DNA from: Ruminococcaceae bacterium UBA7080
GTDB taxonomy: Bacteria; Bacillota; Clostridia; Oscillospirales; Acutalibacteraceae
Direction: 5' to 3'
Length of the DNA: 64,000 nt
Assembly (NCBI GenBank): GCA_002493595.1
Contig: DKZG01000014.1
Location: 609 to 64,608 of the forward strand
Part shown: piece after piece, positions 49,182-59,724 of the stretch
Layout of the letters: each line of letters starts with the position of its first letter
Numbering within the stretch: position 1 is the stretch's first letter
The notes under the pieces: generated by a model
Databases searched by the model: none
What the model was told of the DNA's origin: nothing
The model's input: the letters and a program-made list of their open reading frames with translations, nothing else
Program-made: the position numbers and the translations under genes

Positions 49182-50141
49182 TCAGTTAACAACATTCTGC
49201 GGGTATCCGTTCAAAAAGGCTTTCAGGTTTTCAGTAAGAATTTTTATGAGTCTTTCCCGTGTTTCTTTTGCTGCCCACGCAATATGAGGTGTTATATAGC
49301 AATTCTTTGCAGTCAGCAGGGGATTGCTGCTGTGAGCCGGCTCAAATTCAAGTACATCAAGTCCTGCTGCAGCAATACGTTCGCTATTAAGTGCATTTGC
49401 CAAAGCATTTTCGTCAACAACCGGTCCTCTTGAAGTATTGATGAATATGGCGGTTTTCTTCATCGAAGATATGGCATTTTCATTTATCATTCTATTTGTT
49501 TTATCAGTTAAAGGGCAATGACATGTAATAATATCACTTTCGGTCAAAAGTTGATCAAGCGGTGTAAAATTAATACGCTTAAGTGTGCCTTTGTCTTTTG
49601 GATGGGGAGCATAGGCGAGTACATTCATATCAAATGCTTCGGCAATAGCGGCAACCTTGCTTCCTATTGCACCAAAACCGATAATGCCTATTGTTTTTCC
49701 TGCAAGCTCACTCAACGGCGCATTCCAGTAACAGAAATCAGGGCAACTGCACCAATCACCGTTTTTAACAGATTCGGAATGCATTGAAACTTTGTTTGTT
49801 ATCTCCAAAATAAATGCAAAAACAAGCTGAGCTACTGCATTTGTTGAATAAGAAGGGATATTGCTTACCGTTATTCCGAGCTGCCTTGCATAATCACAGT
49901 CAACAACATTGTAGCCTGTAGATTGCAAACCGATATACTTTAGTTCGGGTGACAGTGCATCAAGTATTTCTTTTGTAATTACAGTCTTATTTACCATAAG
50001 TATTTGGGCACCTTTGGCTCTTTCAACGATTCTATCCGGTGATGTTCTTTCATATACCGTATATTCACCCAATTTTTCTATTTCTTTCCAGCTTAAATCA
50101 CCCGGATTCGTCGTATAACCGTCAAGATTTACAATTTTCAT
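49182..50141 (-). CDS. D-2-hydroxyacid dehydrogenase (glycerate dehydrogenase-like)
   Basis: NPGDLSW, GIIGFGAIG, HCPLT, INTSRG, LDVLEFEP, TPHIAW. Confidence 0.92.
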   Translation of the reverse strand: MKIVNLDGYTTNPGDLSWKEIEKLGEYTVYERTSPDRIVERAKGAQILMVNKTVITKEILDALSPELKYIGLQSTGYNVVDCDYARQLGITVSNIPSYSTNAVAQLVFAFILEITNKVSMHSESVKNGDWCSCPDFCYWNAPLSELAGKTIGIIGFGAIGSKVAAIAEAFDMNVLAYAPHPKDKGTLKRINFTPLDQLLTESDIITCHCPLTDKTNRMINENAISSMKKTAIFINTSRGPVVDENALANALNSERIAAAGLDVLEFEPAHSSNPLLTAKNCYITPHIAWAAKETRERLIKILTENLKAFLNGYPQNVVN

Positions 50142-50173
50142 GTCGTCACTCCCAAATGTGTTTTACATGAATC

Positions 50174-50237
50174 ATTATATCCTTAATAGTGAAAAAAAGC
50201 AATATTACTTGATAGTTTTAGTATAATAAGTTATAAT
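50174..50237. promoter_or_regulatory. Divergent sigmaA promoter pair (dehydrogenase / amidase-radA)
   Basis: Minus: TTGCTT-N17-TATAAT (50202-50174). Plus: TTGATA-N17-TATAAT (50209-50237). Confidence 0.7.
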
Positions 50238-50265
50238 CATAACATAAATATTAGCGGTGATATTT

Positions 50266-50961
50266 ATGAAAAAAATTCTCGTTGTTATTTTTACTTTTGT
50301 CTTTACTTTTCTTTCTTGTTTGGGAATGAATTATCTTATGAAAGATGTTGTTGCAATCAGCAGCAAATCAAATCATAACCGTGTTAACCTTGTCATTGAT
50401 GCAGGTCACGGCGGAATTGACGCAGGTACCATAGGTATTGATCAGTCTAATGAAAAGGAAATTAATTTAAGTATTGCACTGATGCTGTATGATTTTGCTA
50501 TGGTTAGCGGTATTTCGAGTTTTCTTGTGCGCGACGGTGATTATCTTGTTTACAGAGAAAATGATGACAGAAGCCGCTCAGACCTATATAACAGGATGGA
50601 CTACATAAACAGTATTGAAAACAGTACACTCATATCCATTCATCAAAACCATTTTGATGATGAAAGTCAATGGGGAATGCAAGTGTGGTATTCGCCGAAT
50701 GATGATAATAGTAAAATTATTGCTGATAATATTTTGAAAGTTACAAAATCGAACCTGCAAAAAGATAATACAAGACTTAACAAACGCTCAGACAGCAGCT
50801 ACTATCTGCTTTATAAAGCAAAAGTTCCTTCCGTTATGGTGGAATGCGGTTTCATGAGTAACCGCGATGAAAACAAAAAATTACAGGATACAAAATATCA
50901 GAAACAGCTGGCATATTCAATTATGCTGGGGTTTTCCGATTACTTGGTTAAGGAGTTATAA
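50266..50961 (+). CDS. N-acetylmuramoyl-L-alanine amidase (Amidase_3, CwlD-like)
   Basis: N-terminal TM; VIDAGHGG, EKEINL, ISIHQN, VMVECGFMSN. Confidence 0.9.
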   Translation: MKKILVVIFTFVFTFLSCLGMNYLMKDVVAISSKSNHNRVNLVIDAGHGGIDAGTIGIDQSNEKEINLSIALMLYDFAMVSGISSFLVRDGDYLVYRENDDRSRSDLYNRMDYINSIENSTLISIHQNHFDDESQWGMQVWYSPNDDNSKIIADNILKVTKSNLQKDNTRLNKRSDSSYYLLYKAKVPSVMVECGFMSNRDENKKLQDTKYQKQLAYSIMLGFSDYLVKEL

Positions 50962-52334
50962 TGGCAAAATTAAAACCTATTTACATTTGCAGTGAGTGCG
51001 GCTATGAATCACCAAAATGGTTTGGTAAGTGCCCCGGATGCAGTCAATGGAATACAATGAATGAGCAGCTCCCTGCAGCTCTTTCCGTTACGGGCAGAAC
51101 AAATGCATCCAATAGTACCGTCAGCCAAATCATGTCGCTCAGCGAGATAGAAGAGGATGTTGAAAAGAGAATATTTACAGGAAGCGATGAGCTTGACAGA
51201 GTACTTGGCGGCGGAATTGTTATAGGCAGTTTAGTTTTATTAAGCGGTGATCCGGGTATCGGAAAATCAACAATACTATTGCAGATTTGTCAGCATTTGG
51301 GAAAAAAGCTTAAGGTTTTATATGTAAGCGGCGAGGAGTCAGCGAATCAGTTAAAAATGAGAGCAAACAGACTCAATGTAAATTGTGATAATCTTTTTGT
51401 ACTTCCGCAAACCAATGTTGCAGTTATTGTTGAAACCATTAAAAAGGAAAGTCCTGATTTAGTGATTATTGATTCTATCCAGACAATGGTATATGATGAA
51501 ATTGCATCATCAGCCGGTTCCGTAACACAGGTAAGGGAATGTACCAATATATTTATGCATACAGCAAAAGGCTTGGGAATACCAATTATTATCGTCGGCC
51601 ATGTAAATAAGGATGGAGCCATTGCAGGCCCTAAAGTGCTTGAACATATAGTTGACACCGTACTTTATTTTGAGGGTGAAAAAAATTATTCCTACAGAAT
51701 TTTAAGGGGTGTAAAAAACAGATTTGGTTCAACTAATGAGATCGGTGTGTTTGAAATGACAGGAACAGGTTTAAAAGAAGTTGCCAATCCGTCATTAATG
51801 ATGATTTCGGGAAGACCTAAAAACACTTCGGGAACCTGTGTTGCTTGTGTTATGGAAGGGACAAGACCAATGCTTGCCGAAGTGCAGGGCCTTGTTTGTG
51901 CAACCGGTTTCGGTACTCCGAGAAGAATGAGCACAGGCTTTGATTATAACAGAATGAGCATGCTGCTTGCTGTTTTGGAAAAAAGAGCCGGATACTTTTT
52001 TAGTAATATGGATGCATATATTAATGTTGTAGGTGGCTTAAGATTAGATGAACCCGCTGCTGATTTGACTGTTGCTCTTGCACTGGTATCTTCATTAAAA
52101 GACAAACCGGTAGGGGACAAGATACTTGCTTTCGGTGAAATCGGTCTCGCAGGTGAAGTCAGAGCAGTTAATAACTGTGAGCAAAGAATATCGGAAGCTT
52201 ATAGATTAGGCTTTGAAAAATGCATCATACCATTTCATAACTATAAATCACTTTCAAAAGAATTAAAAATTAATGTAGATATTATACCTGTAAAAACAGT
52301 GCGTGATGCATTCTCAGCCTTAGTTGAAGAATAA
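50961..52334 (+). CDS. radA: DNA repair protein RadA/Sms
   Basis: CSECG..CPGC Zn finger, GDPGIGKST, KNRFG, Lon-like C-terminus. Confidence 0.97.
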   Translation: MAKLKPIYICSECGYESPKWFGKCPGCSQWNTMNEQLPAALSVTGRTNASNSTVSQIMSLSEIEEDVEKRIFTGSDELDRVLGGGIVIGSLVLLSGDPGIGKSTILLQICQHLGKKLKVLYVSGEESANQLKMRANRLNVNCDNLFVLPQTNVAVIVETIKKESPDLVIIDSIQTMVYDEIASSAGSVTQVRECTNIFMHTAKGLGIPIIIVGHVNKDGAIAGPKVLEHIVDTVLYFEGEKNYSYRILRGVKNRFGSTNEIGVFEMTGTGLKEVANPSLMMISGRPKNTSGTCVACVMEGTRPMLAEVQGLVCATGFGTPRRMSTGFDYNRMSMLLAVLEKRAGYFFSNMDAYINVVGGLRLDEPAADLTVALALVSSLKDKPVGDKILAFGEIGLAGEVRAVNNCEQRISEAYRLGFEKCIIPFHNYKSLSKELKINVDIIPVKTVRDAFSALVEE

Positions 52335-52343
52335 ATAACAATA

Positions 52344-52368
52344 ACCCTCTCTAATAAATGGAGAGGGT
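52344..52368 (+). terminator. Hairpin after radA
   Basis: ACCCTCTC...GAGAGGGT inverted repeat; weak U tract. Confidence 0.55.
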
Positions 52369-52452
52369 ATAACTTTATAGTTTTTAAGTATTTGCGAAAT
52401 CAAGTATATTAAGAAGAGAATTATTTTCTAATCATTAACCTGAAAAAAAGCC

Positions 52453-52480
52453 TTGTAATCCCGCCATTTTTTGATATAAT
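52453..52480 (+). promoter_or_regulatory. sigmaA promoter upstream of the recombinase (about 210-nt leader)
   Basis: TTGTAA-N16-TATAAT with perfect TGnTATAAT. Confidence 0.65.
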
Positions 52481-52695
52481 TATACAAAATAAATATTTTG
52501 TTCAATATAGGGGAGCTGTAAACGTAAATAATTACAGTTAACATGTCATTGCAAAAGATTGTCCAATAGCTATATTCATATTTAGAGAATCGTATTTCTT
52601 TTTATTAAAGGCTTATATGATTTCTTATTTTATATGATGTGCATTCGTAACTAAAAGATAAAAAACTTATTATCAATTAAGGAGTTGTTTTTTTT

Positions 52696-53670
52696 ATGAG
52701 AAAAGAAGAATTTATATACTTACCTAAACTTGTACAGCAATATCTTGTATATATCGAAGCAATCAAGGGGCACAGCAAATTATCTGTAATTGAATACGCC
52801 TCTGATTTGAGGACCTTTTTCAGATATATGGCTAAAAACAAAGGATTATGCAGCAGCGATACACCGGATGAAAAAATTGATCTATCCCCTATTGATTTAG
52901 ATTTTATACAGAGTGTAAATCTTACAGATGCATATCAATTTTTAATTTATTGCAAAGATGTACGTAATAACAGCGAGGCTACACGTTCAAGGCGAGTGAT
53001 TGCAGTACGCCGATTTTATAATTATCTATCAGAAAATCTTGGATTAATAGATAAAAACCCTTTAAAAAATCTTGATGCACCTAAAATGAAAAAATCCTTG
53101 CCCAAATATCTAACCCTTGAAGAATCGGAGAGATTGTTATCTGTAATCGATGGCAGGCATAAAGAACGTGACTATGCAATTGTTACTCTGTTTTTAAATT
53201 GCGGTATGCGTTTGAGTGAACTTGTTGCAATAGATTATAATGATATTAAGGATGATGGTTCGATTGTAATTACCGGAAAAGGCAACAAAGAGAGAATTGT
53301 GTATCTCAACCAAGCTTGTATCGATGCTGTCATAAAGTATATAAAAGTCAGACCAAACGATGGTGTAAAAGACAGAGCTTTATTTCTCAGCTCCAGAAAT
53401 AAACGGATAAGCCCTAAAACTGTACAGCATATGGTGTATGGATATCTTGAGAAAGCAGGACTTGGAGACAGAGGTTTATCTGTTCATAAGCTCAGGCATA
53501 CAGCAGCAACTTTGATGTATCAGCATGGCAATGTTGATTTGTTGCTGCTTAAAGAAATACTCGGTCACGAAAATCTCGGAACTACAGAAATTTATACGCA
53601 CATAAATGATGAAGCAACGCGTAAAGCGATACAATCCAATCCGCTCGCAAAGGAAAAACCTAAATGGTAA
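52696..53670 (+). CDS. Chromosomal tyrosine recombinase, XerC-annotated / XerS-like clostridial type
   Basis: Catalytic R (CGMRLSEL), K (TGKGNKER), HKLRH, LGH, Y (TEIYTH). No mobile-element neighbours. Confidence 0.9.
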   Translation: MRKEEFIYLPKLVQQYLVYIEAIKGHSKLSVIEYASDLRTFFRYMAKNKGLCSSDTPDEKIDLSPIDLDFIQSVNLTDAYQFLIYCKDVRNNSEATRSRRVIAVRRFYNYLSENLGLIDKNPLKNLDAPKMKKSLPKYLTLEESERLLSVIDGRHKERDYAIVTLFLNCGMRLSELVAIDYNDIKDDGSIVITGKGNKERIVYLNQACIDAVIKYIKVRPNDGVKDRALFLSSRNKRISPKTVQHMVYGYLEKAGLGDRGLSVHKLRHTAATLMYQHGNVDLLLLKEILGHENLGTTEIYTHINDEATRKAIQSNPLAKEKPKW

Positions 53671-54298
53671 CCACGGGAAATAATAGATTGGTCAGCAAAG
53701 CTTCAAAGAATGCAGCGACTGCAATGCCAAAAGCTAAAAGCAAGTATTTTTTTACATATGGTTTGACATTTAATTCGTTATTCTCAATACTGTTTTTAGT
53801 CGCTTTTACCAATGCTTTTGATAATTCACTGCTTATTTTAATTGTTAAGGCAATTACAGTCAAAAATAATGCTATATACGGGACAATCATCACAAGTGAA
53901 TAACCTACACCTTTAGCTGAGTAATTGACGAACAGATATGCTGTTCTAATACCGGTAACAATTCCTATTACAGTGGGTATAATATTTATAATAGGGTATC
54001 CTATTAAACAAAAACCCAGAAAAACTATGATTAAATATAATGAAAAATAGACACAAAAATCAGATATAAAAGAATTTAATATACTTTGATTTTCAGGCTT
54101 TAGCAGTGCATTTAATGCTTCTGTTGCAGATATTTTATAAAAATATGTACCTATAAAGAGACCGAAAGAATAGAAAAGTGCTGTATAAATAATAGACTTA
54201 TATTCATTAAAAATTTTTCCTATTTCGATTTTACGCTCTTCTTGCGCGTCAAACGCATTATCTTCATCTTCAAATAATGCAATTTTTTCATCTTCCAT
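53660..54298 (-). CDS. spoIIM: SpoIIM-like polytopic membrane protein
   Basis: LGFCLIGYPII..IP..IG..TG..TAYL..YSAKG...VP...AAFFEA pattern of SpoIIM. Confidence 0.65.
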   Translation of the reverse strand: MEDEKIALFEDEDNAFDAQEERKIEIGKIFNEYKSIIYTALFYSFGLFIGTYFYKISATEALNALLKPENQSILNSFISDFCVYFSLYLIIVFLGFCLIGYPIINIIPTVIGIVTGIRTAYLFVNYSAKGVGYSLVMIVPYIALFLTVIALTIKISSELSKALVKATKNSIENNELNVKPYVKKYLLLAFGIAVAAFFEALLTNLLFPVVTI

Positions 54299-54303
54299 TT
54301 ATT

Positions 54304-54693
54304 TCACCGAGACCTTTTCGCCGACTTTATAAGAGAAGTAATAAAAGCAGTGCCGATAATGGCAAATACTTTAACTAAAATAAAAACTGTTCCAGTTTTG
54401 TTAAAGCAGAAATTGACGATTGTAAAAATAGTTAACGGCATTACGGAAATCAGTGACAGCATAAGAAAATTGTTTTTAAATCCTCCGGTGCTTATAAAAG
54501 AAATAATAAATGCCGATATGATACACACAATTGTAGTAATGATAGGCATATGTTCTAACTCTAAGTCAAGCTTGAGAATTATAAATGAGCAAACAGTTCC
54601 GAATCCGAGTATACAAAAAGCTGACGATAGTATTAATTTTAATGAATACTTTATCAATAACCCTTTTGTGTCACCTGTAGTAATTTTAGGCAT
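54304..54693 (-). CDS. TIGR04086/YrzE-like 4-TM membrane protein
   Basis: Four TMs; directly downstream of yajC as in the queA-tgt-yajC-yrzE order of Bacillus. Confidence 0.65.
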   Translation of the reverse strand: MPKITTGDTKGLLIKYSLKLILSSAFCILGFGTVCSFIILKLDLELEHMPIITTIVCIISAFIISFISTGGFKNNFLMLSLISVMPLTIFTIVNFCFNKTGTVFILVKVFAIIGTAFITSLIKSAKRSR

Positions 54694-54694
54694 G

Positions 54695-54729
54695 AAAAAT
54701 CCCCCCGATTAATAATACTCGAGGGGATT
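54695..54729 (-). terminator. Terminator-like hairpin after yajC
   Basis: Minus strand AATCCCCTCGA-N10-TCGGGGGGATT followed by TTT. Confidence 0.65.
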
Positions 54730-54750
54730 GAAATTTAGAACAAAATGAAA

Positions 54751-55194
54751 TTAGTCCTTATTTTTTTTTGTTTCATCAATTGCTTCTTTTTTTGACTTTT
54801 TTTCAGCTTTCTTAGCCTTAGCAGCTTCACGGGCAGCTTCAACCTCTTTCTGGTGCTGTTCCATCTTTGTTTTATTGGTATTAACAGCCCAGCGCTCAAT
54901 TTTCATTTTATTTCTGTCAGAACCGGTTTCGATTACAATATCATTTTCACGGATTGTAACCACTCTGCCGACAATACCGCCGATTGTTACAATTTCATCA
55001 CCAATCTCAAGTGAAGCACGCATTTCCTGTTCTTCCTTCTGGCGTTTCTTTTGAGGGCGGATCATAAGAAAGTACATAACACCTACCAAAACCACCATCA
55101 TAATAATCATAGAAATTGACTGATTTTTCCCACCGGCAGCAGCTGCATCTCCGGATGCGCCTGTAAGCTGAGCCATCAAATTTATTAAATCCAT
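54751..55194 (-). CDS. yajC: Preprotein translocase subunit YajC
   Basis: MYFLMIRPQKKRQK, GDEIVTIGGIVG. Confidence 0.95.
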   Translation of the reverse strand: MDLINLMAQLTGASGDAAAAGGKNQSISMIIMMVVLVGVMYFLMIRPQKKRQKEEQEMRASLEIGDEIVTIGGIVGRVVTIRENDIVIETGSDRNKMKIERWAVNTNKTKMEQHQKEVEAAREAAKAKKAEKKSKKEAIDETKKNKD

Positions 55195-55221
55195 AAAACT
55201 TCCTCCTAATTTGTTAAAGCT

Positions 55222-55250
55222 ATTATATTAGATATCAGAATAATTTGCAA
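55222..55250 (-). promoter_or_regulatory. sigmaA promoter of yajC
   Basis: TTGCAA-N17-TATAAT. Confidence 0.75.
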
Positions 55251-55257
55251 GTCTTTT

Positions 55258-56397
<1,140 letters not shown>

Positions 56398-56465
56398 TTA
56401 CCTCGTATATCTTATATTTTTTTATAAAAGTGTATTATCATCTAATGAATTTTTTGCCTGAATTA

Positions 56466-57497
56466 TTAATATAAGAACATTGCATCACCAAAGGAGAAAA
56501 ACCTATATTTTTCTTCAACGGCAATTTTATATGCATGCATTATATTGTCAGAACCTGCAAAAGCCGATATAAGCATAATCAAGGTACTTTCCGGCAAATG
56601 AAAGTTAGTTACAAGTGCATCCATACATTTAAACGTATATCCCGGGTATATAAAAATACTTGTATCATCCTCATCAGCACATATGCAGCCATTTTTTACG
56701 GCAACTGATTCTACAGTTCTGCAGCTTGTTGTACCTACACATATAACACGCTTGCCGTTTTTATGTGTTTCATTAATTAAATCGGCTGTTTCCTGCGGCA
56801 TAATATAATGCTCAGTATGCATTGTATGCTTTGTAACATCATCAACTTTAACCGGTCTGAATGTACCCAAGCCGACATGAAGTGTTACATAACCTATTTT
56901 TACACCCTTTTTTTTAATCTTATCAAGCATCTCAGGTGTAAAATGCAGTCCGGCAGTAGGCGCTGCCGCTGAACCCAAATTTTCACTGTATACAGTCTGA
57001 TAGCGTTCCTTGTCTTTTAGTTTTTCTTTTATATAAGGCGGAAGGGGCATTTGACCGATTTCATCAAGAACTGCAAAGATATTATTATTGTCTTTGCACT
57101 TAAATTCAACAATCCTGTTGCCGTCATCCAGTATATCTGTAACTTTACACTCAAGCTGACCGTCACCAAATACAAATTCAGTGCCGATTTTTGCTCTTTT
57201 TCCCGGACCGCATAAGCATTCCCAAACAAGATTTTGTTTTTGCCTGAGCAAAAGAAATTCGACTACAGCACCTGTTTCTTTTTTTACACCGTAAATTCTT
57301 GCCGGTATTACGCGCGTATTATTTAATATTAAGCAATCTCCGGAATTTAAAAAATCAATTAAATTTTTAAAAACTTTATGCTGAATTTGCCCTGAGTTTT
57401 TATCCATAAGCATGAGCCTTGAGGCGTCTCGCGGTTCAATCGGAGTCTGTGCTATTAAATTTTCAGGCAAATCATAATAAAAATCTGAAGTTTTCAT
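56466..57497 (-). CDS. queA: S-adenosylmethionine:tRNA ribosyltransferase-isomerase
   Basis: [54 protein letters not shown]. Confidence 0.98.
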   Translation of the reverse strand: MKTSDFYYDLPENLIAQTPIEPRDASRLMLMDKNSGQIQHKVFKNLIDFLNSGDCLILNNTRVIPARIYGVKKETGAVVEFLLLRQKQNLVWECLCGPGKRAKIGTEFVFGDGQLECKVTDILDDGNRIVEFKCKDNNNIFAVLDEIGQMPLPPYIKEKLKDKERYQTVYSENLGSAAAPTAGLHFTPEMLDKIKKKGVKIGYVTLHVGLGTFRPVKVDDVTKHTMHTEHYIMPQETADLINETHKNGKRVICVGTTSCRTVESVAVKNGCICADEDDTSIFIYPGYTFKCMDALVTNFHLPESTLIMLISAFAGSDNIMHAYKIAVEEKYRFFSFGDAMFLY

Positions 57498-57518
57498 TTA
57501 TTTCTCCATAATTTATAA

Positions 57519-57548
57519 TTGACATATATATATAATAAGTGATATGAT
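57519..57548 (+). promoter_or_regulatory. Putative sigmaA promoter of asd-dapA-dapB
   Basis: TTGACA-N18-TATGAT with TG extension. Confidence 0.5.
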
Positions 57549-57669
57549 ATATACCATATTTGAGTTATATAATTACTTTATATTTTAGGTAATGATCAGG
57601 CTCAAACAATTATATATTATATTGCATATTATCTTGTTTTACAAGGTATTTTTTAAGGAGATTTTGGTT

Positions 57670-58755
57670 ATGGAAAAAATTTTTAATGTCGGTATTGTCG
57701 GCGCAACGGGTATGGTTGGTCAAAGATTTGCTACATTACTGGATGGCCATCCATGGTTTAATGTAGTTTGTCTTGCTGCATCATCAAGAAGTGCAGGTAA
57801 AACATATAAAGAAGCTGTAGGCAAAAAATGGTGTATGGATGTTGATATTCCCAAGACAATGCAGGACATTATTGTTATGGATGCAACAAATGATATTGAA
57901 AAAATTACTTCAATGGTTGACTTTGTATTTTGTGCTGTTGATATGAAAAAAGATGAAATCAAAGCACTTGAAGAAGAATACGCTAAACACGAATGCCCTG
58001 TTGTATCAAATAACAGTGCGCATCGATTTACAGCTGATGTTCCTATGGTTGTACCGGAGCTTAATGCAGAACACATTCACATTATCCCTTCACAAAGAAA
58101 GAGACTCGGTACCAAAAGAGGTTTTATCGCGGTTAAATCCAATTGCTCACTTCAATCCTATGTGCCCGCAATTTTCCCTTTGCATGAGAGATTTGGTGTG
58201 AAAAATGTACTTGTTTGTACTTATCAGGCCATATCAGGTGCCGGCAAAACGTTTGAGACGTGGCCCGATATGATTGATAATGTTATTCCTTATATCGGCG
58301 GTGAAGAGGAAAAAAGTGAAAAAGAGCCGCTCAAGCTTATGGGTGAAATCGACGGAGATATCATTAAATCTGCAAATGCCCCTAATTTCACAGCACAGTG
58401 TATTCGTGTTCCGGTATCTAACGGTCATCTCGGTGCTGTTTTCGTTGATTTTGAAAACAAACCGACCAAGGAAGAAATGATTGAAATTTGGGAAGGCTTC
58501 TCAGGAAGAGCACAGGAGCTTAATCTTCCGTCAGCTCCTAAAAAATTCCTCAATTACTTCACTGAAGATGACAGACCGCAGATTAAATCCGAAAGAATGC
58601 TTGAAAACGGTATGGCTGTATCAATCGGCAGACTTAGAGAAGATACACAGTACGATTATAAATTTGTATGCCTTTCACACAACACTTTAAGAGGTGCTGC
58701 AGGCGGAGCAGTTCTGCTGGCTGAGCTTTTAGCTGCAGAAGGTTATATGGACTGA
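57670..58755 (+). CDS. asd: Aspartate-semialdehyde dehydrogenase
   Basis: VGIVGATGMVGQ, VSNNSAHR, SNCS, YQAISGAG, CIRVPV..GH, HNTLRGAAG. Confidence 0.96.
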   Translation: MEKIFNVGIVGATGMVGQRFATLLDGHPWFNVVCLAASSRSAGKTYKEAVGKKWCMDVDIPKTMQDIIVMDATNDIEKITSMVDFVFCAVDMKKDEIKALEEEYAKHECPVVSNNSAHRFTADVPMVVPELNAEHIHIIPSQRKRLGTKRGFIAVKSNCSLQSYVPAIFPLHERFGVKNVLVCTYQAISGAGKTFETWPDMIDNVIPYIGGEEEKSEKEPLKLMGEIDGDIIKSANAPNFTAQCIRVPVSNGHLGAVFVDFENKPTKEEMIEIWEGFSGRAQELNLPSAPKKFLNYFTEDDRPQIKSERMLENGMAVSIGRLREDTQYDYKFVCLSHNTLRGAAGGAVLLAELLAAEGYMD

Positions 58756-58813
58756 TTCTCAATCAATAAATGTTTTATTCCTAATATATTTACTTTAAGG
58801 AGAAAAGATACTT

Positions 58814-59704
58814 ATGAAAAATCCAATTTTTACAGGTGCTGCTGTTGCAATTATTACACCGATGAATGCTGATGGTTCGGTAAATTACGATGAATTCGGA
58901 AAATTTATTGATTTTCAGATTGAAAACGGCACAGATGCAATTGTCGTTTGCGGTACAACAGGTGAATCCTCAACACTTAAAGTTGTTGAACACAATGAAG
59001 CAATCAGATGGTGTGTTGAGTATGTAAATCATCGCGTGCCTGTTATTGCAGGTACCGGCTCAAATTCAACTGCATGTGCAATTGAAATAAGCAAGGAAGC
59101 GTGTGATAACGGTGCAGATGCTCTTTTACTTGTTACACCATATTATAACAAAACAAGCCAGAGAGGTCTTATTGCACATTATACGGCTATTCATGATGCA
59201 ACAAATCTTCCTATTATTTTGTATAACGTTCCTTCAAGAACAGGACTTAATATTGCACCGGAAACTGCATATGAGCTGTCAAAACTGCCAAGAATAAACG
59301 GTATTAAGGAAGCATCCGGTAGCCTTGAGCAAATTGAAAAAATTCATGAGCTTTGCGGCGATGAACTTAATCTTTGGAGTGGTAATGATGACCAGATTTA
59401 TGACCTTATGGAAAGAGGCGGAAAAGGTGTAATCAGCGTTCTCTCAAACATCTGCCCGCAGGAGACACATGATATTGTTCAAAAATATCTTGACGGCGAT
59501 AAGGATGGAAGCAAGGCAATGATGGATAAGTATCTGAAGCTTGCAAAAGCCATGTTTGTTGACGTGAATCCTATTCCTGTTAAAGAAGCTGTCAGCCTTA
59601 TAGGTTTTAATGCCGGTCCATGCAGACTGCCGCTTATTGAGATGGATGAAACAAATAAGAGATACGTGAAAGAGACTATGGAAGAATACGGTCTTGTAAA
59701 ATAA
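58814..59704 (+). CDS. dapA: 4-hydroxy-tetrahydrodipicolinate synthase
   Basis: CGTTGES, AGTGSN, TPYYNK, YNVPSRTG, GIKEAS, NPIPVK. Confidence 0.96.
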   Translation: MKNPIFTGAAVAIITPMNADGSVNYDEFGKFIDFQIENGTDAIVVCGTTGESSTLKVVEHNEAIRWCVEYVNHRVPVIAGTGSNSTACAIEISKEACDNGADALLLVTPYYNKTSQRGLIAHYTAIHDATNLPIILYNVPSRTGLNIAPETAYELSKLPRINGIKEASGSLEQIEKIHELCGDELNLWSGNDDQIYDLMERGGKGVISVLSNICPQETHDIVQKYLDGDKDGSKAMMDKYLKLAKAMFVDVNPIPVKEAVSLIGFNAGPCRLPLIEMDETNKRYVKETMEEYGLVK

Positions 59705-59724
59705 ATTTATTGAGGAATTGTAAA

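Noticed and set aside
52334-52345. Absence of disA after radA
   Set aside because: The radA-disA linkage is common but not universal; nothing can be concluded without the rest of the genome.
52587-52598. LexA (SOS) box upstream of the recombinase
   Set aside because: GAAT-N4-TTTC matches only 6/8 of GAAC-N4-GTTC in very AT-rich DNA.
52696-53670. Recombinase as a mobile-element integrase
   Set aside because: Flanked by radA and spoIIM with no cargo, no obvious compositional shift and no N-terminal arm-binding domain.
57517-57544. dif-like sequence AATTGACATAT-ATATAT
   Set aside because: Only one arm resembles a Bacillus-type XerD arm; the other does not, and TTGACA is better explained as a -35 box.
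57550-57669. Lysine riboswitch before asd-dapA-dapB
   Set aside because: The leader is too short and too AT-rich, with no L-box motifs.
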